From positions 62,001-126,000 of the forward strand of contig JAANOX010000078.1 of assembly GCA_020184695.1 (NCBI GenBank): DNA of 64,000 nucleotides, given 5' to 3'. The translations under genes and the position numbers were made by a program. Shown here in pieces: positions 23,040 to 33,635 of the stretch; the first letter of the stretch is position 1, and the number at the start of each line of letters is the position of its first letter. The notes under the pieces are model-generated. The model made no database searches. It was given only the letters and a program-made list of their open reading frames with translations, and was not told the origin of the DNA. Origin of the DNA: Histomonas meleagridis 2922-C6/04-290x. Its lineage: Eukaryota; Protista; Parabasalia.

Positions 23040-24768
23040 TTACATTTTTGATTGTAATAAATTGATTATTTCTTTGTTTCCACTATTTTTAGCATGATCA
23101 AGTGCTGTATTAAATAAAACGAATTCATTCCAAATATTTATACAAAACACGAAAATATTATTATAAATATTAAATAATACAAATTAATATCTTTAATGTT
23201 AATATCAATTTTTTCATTGGAAATGAGTTCTTTAGCAATTTCAGTTCTCTCTTTTAAGCATGCGTGAATTAGTGCGGTCCAAAGTAATTTGCATAAACAC
23301 CCAACAGAATTATTAAACATTAAATAAATTAAAATTAACTTCATATTTAATAAATAAATATTTTTAGCATTAATATCAATTCCTTCCTGTTCAAGAAGTA
23401 ATTTCACTATTTCTGTATGACCTTCACTTGCTGCTCTAGTGAGTGCTGTATTAAATAATATAAATAAATCCCAAATATTATTTTATAATATCAAATAATT
23501 ATAATTAACTTCATATTTAATAAATAAATATTTTTAGCATTAATATCAATTCCTTCCTGTTCAAGAAGTAATTTAACTATTTCTACATTACCTTCACTAG
23601 ATGCTAAAATAAGTGGTGTATCAAATAATTTAAATAATTTCCAAATATTATTTTATAATATCAAATAATTATAATTAACTTCATATTTAACAAATAAATA
23701 TTTTTAGCATTGATATCAATTCCTTCTTGTTTGAGAAGTAATTTAACTATTTCGTCATATCCTTCTTTAGATGCATACATAAGTGGTGTTGAAAATCACC
23801 GAAAAAATCACAAATTATTATAATCAAATATCAAATTATTAAAATAAATTTCATATTTAAAAAATAAATATTTTGGGCATTAATATCAATATCTTTATGT
23901 TCAAGAAGTAATTCAACAATTTCAGTATAACCTGCTACACATGCTAAAATAAGTGCGTTATCAAATAAATTAAATATTTTCCAAATATTATTATAATATA
24001 TCAAATATTTAAAATAAATATCAAATTATATTTATAAAAATCTTCAGCATTAACATCAACATCTTCATGTTCAAGAAGTATTTTAACCATATTTGTCAAA
24101 CCTTTTGAAGCTGCGTAAATAAGTGGTGTATAAAATATATAAAACAATTTCCAAATATTATTTCGAAACATCAAAAAATTAAAATTAACACTAAATCACA
24201 CAAATAAATATCTCTTTCATTTACATCAATCTCTTCTTGTTTGAGAAGGAATTTAACTATTTTCTCATCTTTCGTTTGAATTGCTGAAAATAGATCTTCT
24301 GGTAAATCTTCAAATTATTAAAATTTATGTCATCTTCATCATTATTTCCATAGTTAAGTATCATATTCATAATTTGAAAACATACATTTTCTCTTGCATA
24401 ATCAAGGGCTGTTTTAAATATTTAGGACAATTTCCAAATATTATTTCAAAATTTCAAATTATTAATATAAATATTAATAAAAAGAAATTGATGTTTTTTG
24501 CATTAATATCAATTCCTTCTTGTGCAAGAAGGAATACAACAACTTCACCACGATCTTTTGAAGAGGCAAGCATAAGTGCTGTTTCAAATATTTTAACTAA
24601 ATTCCAAATTTTTTATTGAAACATCAAATTAAATATATCTGACTGAAAATGGATTAAATGAATATTTTTAGCATTGACATCAACCTTTCCTTGTTCAAGA
24701 AGGGATTTAACTTTCTCTAGGTTGCCATCGTAAGATGCCTTCAAAAATTCTTGGATCGAAGATTCCAT
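23040..24768 (-). CDS. ankyrin-repeat gene split by nine 77-78 nt inserts (not a single ORF)
   Basis: ATG at 24768 (MESSIQEFLKASYDG); ankyrin segments recur at 170-171 nt period; terminal segment NTALDHAKNSGNKEIINLLQSKM*; one additional frameshift near 24320. Confidence 0.7.
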
Positions 24769-24771
24769 TCA

Positions 24772-25020
24772 GTTAAAACTAAATGTCATAACGGTTTTTC
24801 ACAAAAATTGAATAGATGACATTTTGATTGATAGTCAAACTTGTAAGTTGTCATCGTTTTGTAAACAATTCATTTTAACTAGTTTTTCAAAATAACGTAC
24901 TTACAAAATTACTTGTTTCACAACAGATATATTTGGTAATAATGGTTAGTGATTGTCCTCGTTTTATGATACAGCTTCATGTATTTTTGATCCATGTCCT
25001 TTTAATGCATGTTTGGTATT
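24772..25020 (+). repeat. left arm of a perfect 249-bp inverted repeat
   Basis: Reverse complement of 25526-25774 with no differences seen by eye; paired coordinates sum to 50546 at both ends. Confidence 0.93.
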
Positions 25021-25217
25021 CTTCCAATTTAATTTTATTCAAATAATGATAAAAAGAACCTTTTTATACCTAAAGAACCTTGTTCAACACGAAAATGTTT
25101 CGTTATTAAGTTTTAGTAATTTCGAAAAAGTAATCTTTAAATGTAAATTAAATTTATGTGGAAACTAAAAAATTATATTGAAATGATGGATGCCATAACT
25201 AATGTTTATTAATGAGT

Positions 25218-25403
25218 TTAGCGGGCCCATGATGGTGCTTGTTGAGTGTAATTCCATCCGTAGTCACCATGGCATTTGGGACAACAGTTTGCTGAACTAT
25301 CCCTGTTACCATTTTGATCCTTATGGCAGTTATTGCAATAAATAGTATTGCAACGACGGCAGATTTTCCAGCAGTTTGCAACTCCGCAAAATGGACAACC
25401 CAT
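25218..25403 (-). CDS. 61-aa Cys-rich small protein (zinc-binding-like)
   Basis: MGCPFCGVANCWKICRRCNTIYCNNC...CCPKC; Inr-like TCACTTCATTT immediately upstream of the ATG. Confidence 0.7.
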   Translation of the reverse strand: MGCPFCGVANCWKICRRCNTIYCNNCHKDQNGNRDSSANCCPKCHGDYGWNYTQQAPSWAR

Positions 25404-25525
25404 TGCAAATGAAGTGAAATTTTTTTTTTATTTCAATTTTCAATGCAATGAAAACTGTATTTAAAAAGTTCCAAATCCAAAAAACGCATTAACCTACAGG
25501 TTATCACAATGTTAACATTGTTACA

Positions 25526-25774
25526 AATACCAAACATGCATTAAAAGGACATGGATCAAAAATACATGAAGCTGTATCATAAAACGAGGACAATCACTAA
25601 CCATTATTACCAAATATATCTGTTGTGAAACAAGTAATTTTGTAAGTACGTTATTTTGAAAAACTAGTTAAAATGAATTGTTTACAAAACGATGACAACT
25701 TACAAGTTTGACTATCAATCAAAATGTCATCTATTCAATTTTTGTGAAAAACCGTTATGACATTTAGTTTTAAC
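25526..25774 (-). repeat. right arm of a perfect 249-bp inverted repeat
   Basis: Reverse complement of 24772-25020. Confidence 0.93.
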
Positions 25775-25879
25775 ACTGGTATGGATCTGTAACATTTCAA
25801 ACAATGTGATTTTTATTATGAGTAAATTTTAATACATATTGCTATTGAACAATTATTGTATTTTTTTCTCATATACGCA

Positions 25880-26139
25880 ATTTTGATATTAAAATTAATT
25901 TTAGTTTATCATAATTTCATTTTATTAATAAATCGTTTTTTAATGAAATTGTAATTATCTTTATTTGATACAGTACTTATAAACTCATCTCAAAAAGGTG
26001 AAAAAAAATCAAATTACTTCTTGAACAATCTGAAATACATTAAAAAAAAATTTTTCAAACTGCATACATAATTGCATCTAAAAAAGGACACCAAGAAATA
26101 GTTAAATTGCTTATTGAAAAAGGAGCAAAAAGAGATTAA
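25880..26139 (+). pseudogene. ankyrin-repeat remnant
   Basis: DTVLINSSQKG...KLLLEQ and TAYIIASKKGHQEIVKLLIEKGAKRD*, preceded by AT-rich insert-like sequence. Confidence 0.65.
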
Positions 26140-26348
26140 TTCACACAAGTACATATAATTCATTTTATGCAACTAAGTTATAAAAAGAGAAAATATAACA
26201 TCTACGCAACCTCATTTGGAAGGAATGCAAATTCTTAAGTAAATAAGATGTGTTACTTATTTAAATAGATAAACATCAATTGTATCTTTTTATATTGTTG
26301 GGAAATTTATGGCAAAACAACAAAATGCAAAAAAAAAATTAATAAAGT

Positions 26349-26675
26349 TTACATGAAATCAATATACAAATCATCAGGGCCTTCGTTATCACTATCTGCA
26401 TCAGAGTCATCGCTTTGGTTTCGTTTGATATGATACTCAACATCACCAGCTTTTTCACCCTTTGCACGTTGCTCAGCGAGTCTTTTTGTATGGTTTGCAA
26501 TCTCTAATGTTTGTTCAGGTGTCAAATCACTCACAAGATTTTTGATTAAATCTTGAACAAATATCTTGTATTGGATATCGTCCGAAAAAGAAAGGCAATG
26601 TTCTCCAAGTGCGTAAGCGAAATCTTCGAATTCTTGAACAGTTTTAGGCGTTGTTGACAAAGCTTTCGAGGCCAT
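26349..26675 (-). CDS. eIF3 subunit J-like protein (C-terminal helical domain)
   Basis: TVQEFEDFAYAL...YKIFVQDLIKNLVSDL...EIAN and terminal DLYIDFM resemble the eIF3j C-terminus (..DFM). Confidence 0.62.
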   Translation of the reverse strand: MASKALSTTPKTVQEFEDFAYALGEHCLSFSDDIQYKIFVQDLIKNLVSDLTPEQTLEIANHTKRLAEQRAKGEKAGDVEYHIKRNQSDDSDADSDNEGPDDLYIDFM

Positions 26676-27632
26676 ATTGCAAGTGATCGTTTTACATTCA
26701 ATTTGGAGGTTTTGACAGAGGTCGACAAATGTAAAGTTTCATCAGCAAACGTCAAATTTTGAATAAACATAATTCTGACGTATAAAATTAACATATATTA
26801 CGATTTGATAAATACATAAATATGTGTTCAAATTTCATAAATCGCATATCATCAAAAAATCAAAATTTTCATTTTTTAATTCATTTTTTATACATTAAAT
26901 ACTGTATATAATGGAAAGGATTCTATAGAGAAATTCGTGTCCTCTAATTTGGAGCACATTTAAAAAGGCTTATTTCGGTCTAGTAGAGCCTCATCCACTC
27001 TATAATTGGCACAAGTTCAACGGCACTGGGTTTTATCATTTTTGTGTCTATGAAATATGTTTTCCGCGATATTATAACATAATTGAAGTCAATCTCCGAA
27101 TGATTCCAAATAAGGCATCTGTTGCTTATTTGTGTTGTTGGAATTCAAGTTTTCATTATTTTCTTCCCTTAATCGATTTGTGGCCCTAGTTACAGTGTAG
27201 GCGTGGGTTATAATAAGGTGTCAGCCTACAGATTTTCGCTGCAGTCTATATTGAGTAATTAAGAAAATTATTTTAAATAAATTATCATTTTTACTAGTGA
27301 ATATATCACCAAATTTTATGTATTATGAAGCAAAAATACTTTAAATGAAATGGGAATTATTTTGTTTTTATTTTGATGTAACATTTAAATAATGATATTG
27401 TTTATTTGAAGGACTTACGAACATAATACGGGTCAGATCATACAAGTTCATTAATTACAGGGTGATCCAAAAGTCTTTAAATCTCACTTTTTCACAATAA
27501 CTAAAAGATATTTAATAAAACATTTATATTATATAGCAGTCTTGAATGTGTAGAATATTTTATCTTTTATGAATGTGTAATGAGTTATATAGGTTTAAAA
27601 TTTTATACGTCAGAATTTCGAACAGTACTTCA

Positions 27633-28174
27633 TTATTTCTTTCTTCATGGATTATCATTTGAAGATACATATAATGGGATGACCATCGCTTATGGCTATA
27701 CACATTAAGAAAGATATATATCACATGAGTTACATCAGTCAATAGAAGTGTCAATGCAATATTTTATACAAAAGTCACTCAAAGACATTTGAAATGTGAT
27801 CGAAATTCACTTTTTATTATTTCTTTTTTCGTGGATTATAATTTGAAGATACATCTAATGGAATGACCATCGCTTACGGCTATACACATTAAGAAAGATA
27901 TATATCACATGAAGATACAGCGCCTATAGAAGTGTCAATGCAATATTTTATACAAAAGTCACTCAAAGGCATTTGAAATGTGATCGAAATTCACTTTTTA
28001 TTATTTCTTTTTTCGTGGATTATCATTTGAAGATACATCTAATGGAATGACCATCGCTTACGGCTATACACATTAAGAAAGATATATATCACATGAAGAT
28101 ACGGCGTCTATAGAAGTGTCAATGCAATATTTTATATAAAAGTCACTCAAAGGCATTTGAAATGTGATCGAAAT
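27633..28174. repeat. tandem repeat, 184-bp unit x3
   Basis: GAAGATACAT at 27661, 27845 and 28029; copies nearly identical. Confidence 0.9.
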
Positions 28175-28204
28175 ACACGTTCATTTTTATTAATATTTCA
28201 TTTA

Positions 28205-29971
28205 TCACGCAGCCGTATTGGAGAGAATTTTCACCTTTTGCTGTAGCACTTCAACCACGTGATTTATCCTATACTCGTCGTATAGCGATGAAGACTTAAA
28301 GTAATACTTCTCTACAAGCTCCTTGTCGGAAGTCAAGTAAAGGTACCATTCGACCATTCGCTGCATTTTGAGTCCGAGGAATATGAAGTCTTCGAGTGGC
28401 GTTCCATAGTATCGGTCGTCGTCCATTATATCCGATTTGTTAAAGTGGTCGATTTTGTTGATGAGCTCTTTGAAGCTATTGTTGTCGAATTTGCTGTTAT
28501 TCTTTTGGAGAAATGTCATTATGAAGTTCCATGGCCCTAATGTATTAAACGCTTCTCGAATGCGAAGGCCATCACTAAAAATAGAGACCATAAACTGGAC
28601 AATGTTCTTTGTGTTAGCTTCGTTGATACAACAGAATGTGTATGCTGGGTTATAGAAGTAACATTCGAGATCATTAAATGTGGCATTGATAATACAATCA
28701 TTACGTGGTTCAGTAGTCGTAATATTCGATGGAAGTTTATCAAGAAGCTTTAATGTCTTTGGTATAACTTTCTTATTACTTAATAATGCAAATTGCGTAT
28801 AGTTTTGCGTAAGCCATTCATGGCCTTGTTCAGATATTACGGTAAGAATTGGCTTTAAGAGATTGGAATTGATTACACTTGATACAAATAAAGAGATTTG
28901 TTTGCTTGGCTTTGGTTCTTTTTGTGATGCTTGAAGAACCTCTTCGAGCTTAACGTTCTCCGATCCGGGGAACTTTTTCTGAAAGAGCTTTTTGAATGCA
29001 ACGATGGAGTCCATGAAACGGTTTTGATCGATGATCCCGTTAAGGAATAATGAAATGATAAGAAAACAAAAGCGTTCGTTCGGGTTTTCGGTGTTCGAAG
29101 GTAAGTTGGAAAGTTCTTTGAAGAATGGGACATATGGAGATTTTGGCTTTTCTGTGAAAGGTTGGAAATCGAGAGATGGGACATCCCTATAAGTTGGCTT
29201 TCCAATGATTTCTTCGATTGGTGTAACAGGAACATCTTTGACGACAACTTCTTTGGGTTCTAATTTCTTGGTCTTATTGCAAAGAATCGACATATGGATG
29301 GAAAGCATCCACGACATGGCTTGGGTCTCATTTTTAGCTACAAATGTATAACAATTTTCGGTATTACCGACTTCCATTAATTGGAATGATCTGAGGAAAA
29401 TTGTTTTGTCCTTCTTTAAAGATTTTGGGCATTCGAGAAGTGTTGTGATATAAGTGTTTCTTCCAAATATGTATTCGAATCCTGGAATTATCATATTCTT
29501 TTTTTGAAAATGTGTTTGGAGGAATACATGATGTTGTTTGATTTGAAGAGAAGTAAGAAAAGATTCCAAATTTTTGGATCCTGGAAGAAGACCTTCGATT
29601 TCTTCAACGTTTAAATAATCATTCATCTCAGCATTTCGGAAAAATACTTCGATTTCTCCGAGAGTTTCGAAGAATGATTTCGTAAAGTTATCACATTTTT
29701 CCTTATCGGAAAATGTCAAATTGTATTTGAGTGAATTAAATGTCATGTTCACTAAAATAATGGTAAACTTCTTTGTTGGGTCAGGGATCGGAGAAAAGTT
29801 TGGGCAGAACAAAGCGAATTTTGCCTTTGATGAAGAAAAGAATAAAAATGGCCCGTTTGAAAATAAGTTGTAAACACCCGGCGGCATGGAACCTATTTCG
29901 GATGTCTTCACTGACCCCCAATCGTTTTTACTCTGGAGGCTACTGAAAAGGAGAGGCAGGTCATAGCTCAT
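28205..29971 (-). CDS. hypothetical protein with RUN-like domain(s)
   Basis: LEDFIFLGLKMQRMVEWYLYLTSDKELVEKYYFKSSSL resembles the RUN core; a similar internal block lies upstream; N-terminus is PH-like. Confidence 0.55.
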   Translation of the reverse strand: MSYDLPLLFSSLQSKNDWGSVKTSEIGSMPPGVYNLFSNGPFLFFSSSKAKFALFCPNFSPIPDPTKKFTIILVNMTFNSLKYNLTFSDKEKCDNFTKSFFETLGEIEVFFRNAEMNDYLNVEEIEGLLPGSKNLESFLTSLQIKQHHVFLQTHFQKKNMIIPGFEYIFGRNTYITTLLECPKSLKKDKTIFLRSFQLMEVGNTENCYTFVAKNETQAMSWMLSIHMSILCNKTKKLEPKEVVVKDVPVTPIEEIIGKPTYRDVPSLDFQPFTEKPKSPYVPFFKELSNLPSNTENPNERFCFLIISLFLNGIIDQNRFMDSIVAFKKLFQKKFPGSENVKLEEVLQASQKEPKPSKQISLFVSSVINSNLLKPILTVISEQGHEWLTQNYTQFALLSNKKVIPKTLKLLDKLPSNITTTEPRNDCIINATFNDLECYFYNPAYTFCCINEANTKNIVQFMVSIFSDGLRIREAFNTLGPWNFIMTFLQKNNSKFDNNSFKELINKIDHFNKSDIMDDDRYYGTPLEDFIFLGLKMQRMVEWYLYLTSDKELVEKYYFKSSSLYDEYRINHVVEVLQQKVKILSNTAA

Positions 29972-30014
29972 TTTCTCTTATAGCAGTAAATGTAATATAT
30001 TCAAAAATCATTTT

Positions 30015-30023
30015 AAACGGTTT
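30015..30023 (+). promoter_or_regulatory. M3/Myb-like motif in a divergent promoter
   Basis: AAACGGTTT between the 29971(-) and 30069(+) starts. Confidence 0.45.
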
Positions 30024-30068
30024 CATCGCTGTTCTGAAAAGAAAATTGAATGGTTTACCACAGATTAA

Positions 30069-30896
30069 ATGGAAACTTACGAAAAAACAGTAACACAAAT
30101 CAAAGAATTCATTAATAAGAACAACTTATATCGAAAAACTGCTATCCCAGTGATTTCTAGTGTTGCAGAGGATGAAAATCCTCGAGTTTCGAAATTCGGT
30201 GGAAAATATCCTTATTTGCCAAATGAAACAATTCAAAAATGTCCAGTGTGTGAACAATTCCCAATGATGGCTGTGCAACTTTACATTCCATCACTCCCAG
30301 AGTTTGTTCAACAATATTTTCAAGAGGCAGATCGGAAATCTTTGCTTGTTCTAGGTATATGTCCCGAATGTCTAGGTTCAAATGGTTACCAAATTAAGAT
30401 TTATGGAGAAGGAGAACTTGATAAACTCGTTTATCATGATGACCACGGAAAGATTTGGGCAAGTCCGGAATATCATGAAAGAAGACACTTCCCTCGAATT
30501 CCATTTTCTCCTCAGCCATATGATTCATTTGATGAGCAAAGGCAATATTTCCAATTTTGTACAATAGAAAGTTGGAAAGAAACAGAAATGGTCCCATACA
30601 CATCTCTCAAACAAATCCAAGAGTTGATAAAGAGTGAAGGAATCGAAAGTAGTAATCGATACTTCCTTATTGCTCATGGAATAAATATGCAAAATAATGT
30701 TAGCGGAAATTCATACCTCGCAGGATGGCCACATTTCTGTGAGTCTGATCAAACACCAGATGGGTATCAAATTCTTTTAAATATGTGTGAATCGGAAGCT
30801 GCAACACTTGGATGGGGCGATTGTGGAACTGCTCAAATTTGGGTTGGAACTGGTTCTAATGCAGGAAAATATCTTTTCACTTGTTCTAGTCATTAA
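30069..30896 (+). CDS. YwqG/DUF1963-like protein
   Basis: SKFGGKYPYLP, CPVC..PMMAVQLY, LAGWPHF and WGDCGTAQIW. Confidence 0.7.
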   Translation: METYEKTVTQIKEFINKNNLYRKTAIPVISSVAEDENPRVSKFGGKYPYLPNETIQKCPVCEQFPMMAVQLYIPSLPEFVQQYFQEADRKSLLVLGICPECLGSNGYQIKIYGEGELDKLVYHDDHGKIWASPEYHERRHFPRIPFSPQPYDSFDEQRQYFQFCTIESWKETEMVPYTSLKQIQELIKSEGIESSNRYFLIAHGINMQNNVSGNSYLAGWPHFCESDQTPDGYQILLNMCESEAATLGWGDCGTAQIWVGTGSNAGKYLFTCSSH

Positions 30897-31087
30897 ATTG
30901 ATGCTGTCTTGATTTTTTTAAATTTTGGTGAAGTAGTCGTAAACGGTTTTCGAATTGAAATTCATCGTCCGACATTTTCCATAATAAAAATGTAACGTTC
31001 GCTTTTTGACCATATTTTTGTCACTTTTATGAGTGGCTATAGCAATTCAAAAATTTGCATTTGTTTCTGAAGAATGAACTGGCCACT

Positions 31088-31093
31088 TCACTT
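31088..31093 (+). promoter_or_regulatory. Inr core promoter element
   Basis: TCACTT ending 3 nt before the SCS-beta ATG; AAACGGTTTT at 30941-30950. Confidence 0.65.
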
Positions 31094-31096
31094 TTA

Positions 31097-32314
31097 ATGC
31101 TTTCCACAAGCTTCTCACGTAAATTCAACATCCTTGAATACCAATCCAAGGAAATCTGCGCTAAGTTCAACGTTTCAGCAGGTATCAACCAAGTTGCTTT
31201 CACACCAGATGAAGCAGCTGAAGCATTCAAGAAGATCGGTCTTCCAGCAGTCGTTGTTAAAGCTCAAGTTTATGCCGGTGGTCGTGGCAAAGGCACATGG
31301 GTTGAAGATGGCTTCAAGTCAGGTGTTCATTTCGTTAAATCAGCTGAAGAAGCTAAACAAGTTGCTGCTAAAATGATCGGCAGACATCTCCGCACAAAGC
31401 AAACAACAAAAGAAGGCGCCCTCTGCAAGTGCGTTATGCTTTCAGACCCAGTTGAGATCAAGCGTGAATTATACTTCGCAATTCTCCTTGATCGTGCTTC
31501 ACAAGCACCAGTTGTAATTGCCTCAACACAAGGTGGTGTCGAAATCGAAGAAGTTGCTAAGAACCAACCAGATGCAATCTTCAAGGAAGTTCTTGATGGT
31601 GTTGATGGTATCACAGAAGACGTTGCTAAGCGCCTCGCTAAGAAACTCGGTCTTGAAGGTGCTGCATATCAAAGTGGTGTTCAAGAAATGCAAAAGCTTT
31701 GGAAATTATTTGTTGGTTCAGATGCTACACAAGTCGAAGTTAACCCACTTGCCGAAACAGTTGACGGCCGTATTATCACAGTCGATTCCAAATTCAACTT
31801 TGATGATGCTGCTCATTATCGTCAAAAAGAAATCTTCAGCTATCGCGACCTTAAACAAGTTAACCCAATGGAACTCCGTGCCGAGAAATATGGTCTTAAC
31901 TATGTCCAACTTGATGGTGATATCGCATGTCTTGTTAACGGAGCTGGTCTTGCAATGGCTACAATGGATGTCATCAAATTATCCGGTGGTGATCCAGCTA
32001 ACTTCCTTGATCTTGGTGGTGCTGCTTCTGAGAAGGCCGTCACTGAAGGATTCCTTATCATCAGCTCAAATCCAAAGGTTAAGGCAATTCTTGTTAACAT
32101 CTTCGGTGGTATTGTCAAATGCGACATGATTGCTAAGGGTGTCATTGCAGCCGTAAAGAAGGTGGGACTTAAGATCCCACTTGTTGTTAGACTCGAAGGT
32201 ACAAATGTTGATCTTGGTAAGAAGATCCTTAAGGAATCAGGTCTCCCAATCATCCCCGCTAGCAACCTTACAGAAGCTGGTGAAAAGGCTGTTCAAGCAG
32301 CTCGCAGCCATTAA
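31097..32314 (+). CDS. hydrogenosomal succinyl-CoA synthetase beta subunit
   Basis: Presequence MLSTSFSRK then FNILEYQSK; KAQVYAGGRGKG, VNGAGLAMATMD, PANFLDLGG, NIFGGIVKCD and VVRLEGTN. Confidence 0.95.
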   Translation: MLSTSFSRKFNILEYQSKEICAKFNVSAGINQVAFTPDEAAEAFKKIGLPAVVVKAQVYAGGRGKGTWVEDGFKSGVHFVKSAEEAKQVAAKMIGRHLRTKQTTKEGALCKCVMLSDPVEIKRELYFAILLDRASQAPVVIASTQGGVEIEEVAKNQPDAIFKEVLDGVDGITEDVAKRLAKKLGLEGAAYQSGVQEMQKLWKLFVGSDATQVEVNPLAETVDGRIITVDSKFNFDDAAHYRQKEIFSYRDLKQVNPMELRAEKYGLNYVQLDGDIACLVNGAGLAMATMDVIKLSGGDPANFLDLGGAASEKAVTEGFLIISSNPKVKAILVNIFGGIVKCDMIAKGVIAAVKKVGLKIPLVVRLEGTNVDLGKKILKESGLPIIPASNLTEAGEKAVQAARSH

Positions 32315-32583
32315 TTACGCAATGAATAAAGGCCACAAATAAAATTAATTAATACATCAAATTTTGATGTACGGTTATTATTTCTTACATTTCTCTGATT
32401 TTTAATAAAAACAGAACGATTTAGAAAAGCATTATGAAATAATCATTGTTTAAATGAGATTTTAACCAAATTAAATGGAAAAAGAACAAAATGAAAAGAA
32501 ATGAAGTAATAGGGCTGCCCCAAATAAACGGTGTAGTAAACGGTTTTGGGAGTTTTGGCGGTTTTGGTCAAGCCTTGGTTTAT

Positions 32584-33342
32584 ATGGGACACATCATTCG
32601 TGCTCAGCGTAAAGGTAATGGTAATGTTTTCCGTGCTCACACACACCACAGGAAAGGCGCTGCAAAGTTCATGCCATTAACAGCTGCACAAAGGTCTGCT
32701 CAAATCGTTGGTGTTGTCAAAGACATTATCCATGATCCAGGAAGAGGCGCTCCACTTGCTCAACTTGTTTTCCAAAAATCCGGAAAAGCAGGTCTTGAAA
32801 GACATCTTGTTATTGCCCCAGAAGGTATTCACACTGGTCAATTAATCCAAGTTGGTTCAACAGCCTCCCTCCATGTTGGTAACATTCTCCCACTCGGTCA
32901 AATCCCAGAAGGTGCCGAAGTTTGCAACGTTGAACATCATCCAGGAGATGGTGGTCGTTATGGCCGTTGCTCAGGTGATTCATGCCGTGTTATCACACAC
33001 AACGATGATGGCTACACACGTGTCCAACTCCCATCCGGCCGTAAAGTCGTTGTTTCCAGCAATTGCCGCGCATGCCTTGGTGTTGTATCTGGTGGCGGTC
33101 GTCTTGAAAAGCCACTCCTTAAGGCCGGTACAGTTGCACACAAATACGCTGCAAAGAGGAAGGCATGGCCAGTTGTCCGTGGTACAGCAATGAACCCAGT
33201 CGATCACCCATACGGTGGTGGTTCACATCAACACATCGGTAAGCCATCAACAGTTTCTCGTAACGCTCGTCCAGGTCAAAAGGTTGGTCTCGTCGCCGCC
33301 CGCCGTACTGGTCGCAGGAGGGGTACAATCTCAGTCGTCTAA
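32584..33342 (+). CDS. RPL8: 60S ribosomal protein L8 (uL2)
   Basis: [42 protein letters not shown] and [10 protein letters not shown]; ATG at 32584. Confidence 0.95.
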   Translation: MGHIIRAQRKGNGNVFRAHTHHRKGAAKFMPLTAAQRSAQIVGVVKDIIHDPGRGAPLAQLVFQKSGKAGLERHLVIAPEGIHTGQLIQVGSTASLHVGNILPLGQIPEGAEVCNVEHHPGDGGRYGRCSGDSCRVITHNDDGYTRVQLPSGRKVVVSSNCRACLGVVSGGGRLEKPLLKAGTVAHKYAAKRKAWPVVRGTAMNPVDHPYGGGSHQHIGKPSTVSRNARPGQKVGLVAARRTGRRRGTISVV

Positions 33343-33635
33343 AAACCAAATTTTGCATAATTTCATCGTTTTTGATTCCATTAAATTTAAGTATATCTTA
33401 ATCTGTTAGCACATAATTGGATTTGAGTAATTATTTTATATGGTTTGTGTATTATGTTGGAGTAATCAGTCTGAAACTTGACAAATGAATAATTGAGTTT
33501 CTTTTTTTATCTTGAGTTCATACAATTTCTCAACACATTTTAGTCAACAAAAACAATTTTTTTGATCGATCATTAGATTGGTTCAGATATTACAATTGTA
33601 ATATTAAAGTAAACAAAATAAATACAAACAAATGT

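Noticed and set aside
24256-24330. Frameshift inside the 23-24.8 kb ankyrin gene as a further recoding site
   Set aside because: It is not at the insert position and lacks the core motif. A single mutation, an assembly error in an A/T run, or two overlapping genes explain it equally well.
26930-27250. GC-richer intergenic patch that might be an ncRNA or a gene
   Set aside because: Stops in the frames read and no recognisable tRNA, snRNA or protein motif.
31134-33409. Overlapping alternative and antisense ORFs over SCS-beta and RPL8 (e.g. 31518-32129, 31900-32265)
   Set aside because: Shadow ORFs caused by strong codon bias in highly expressed genes; no recognisable motifs.
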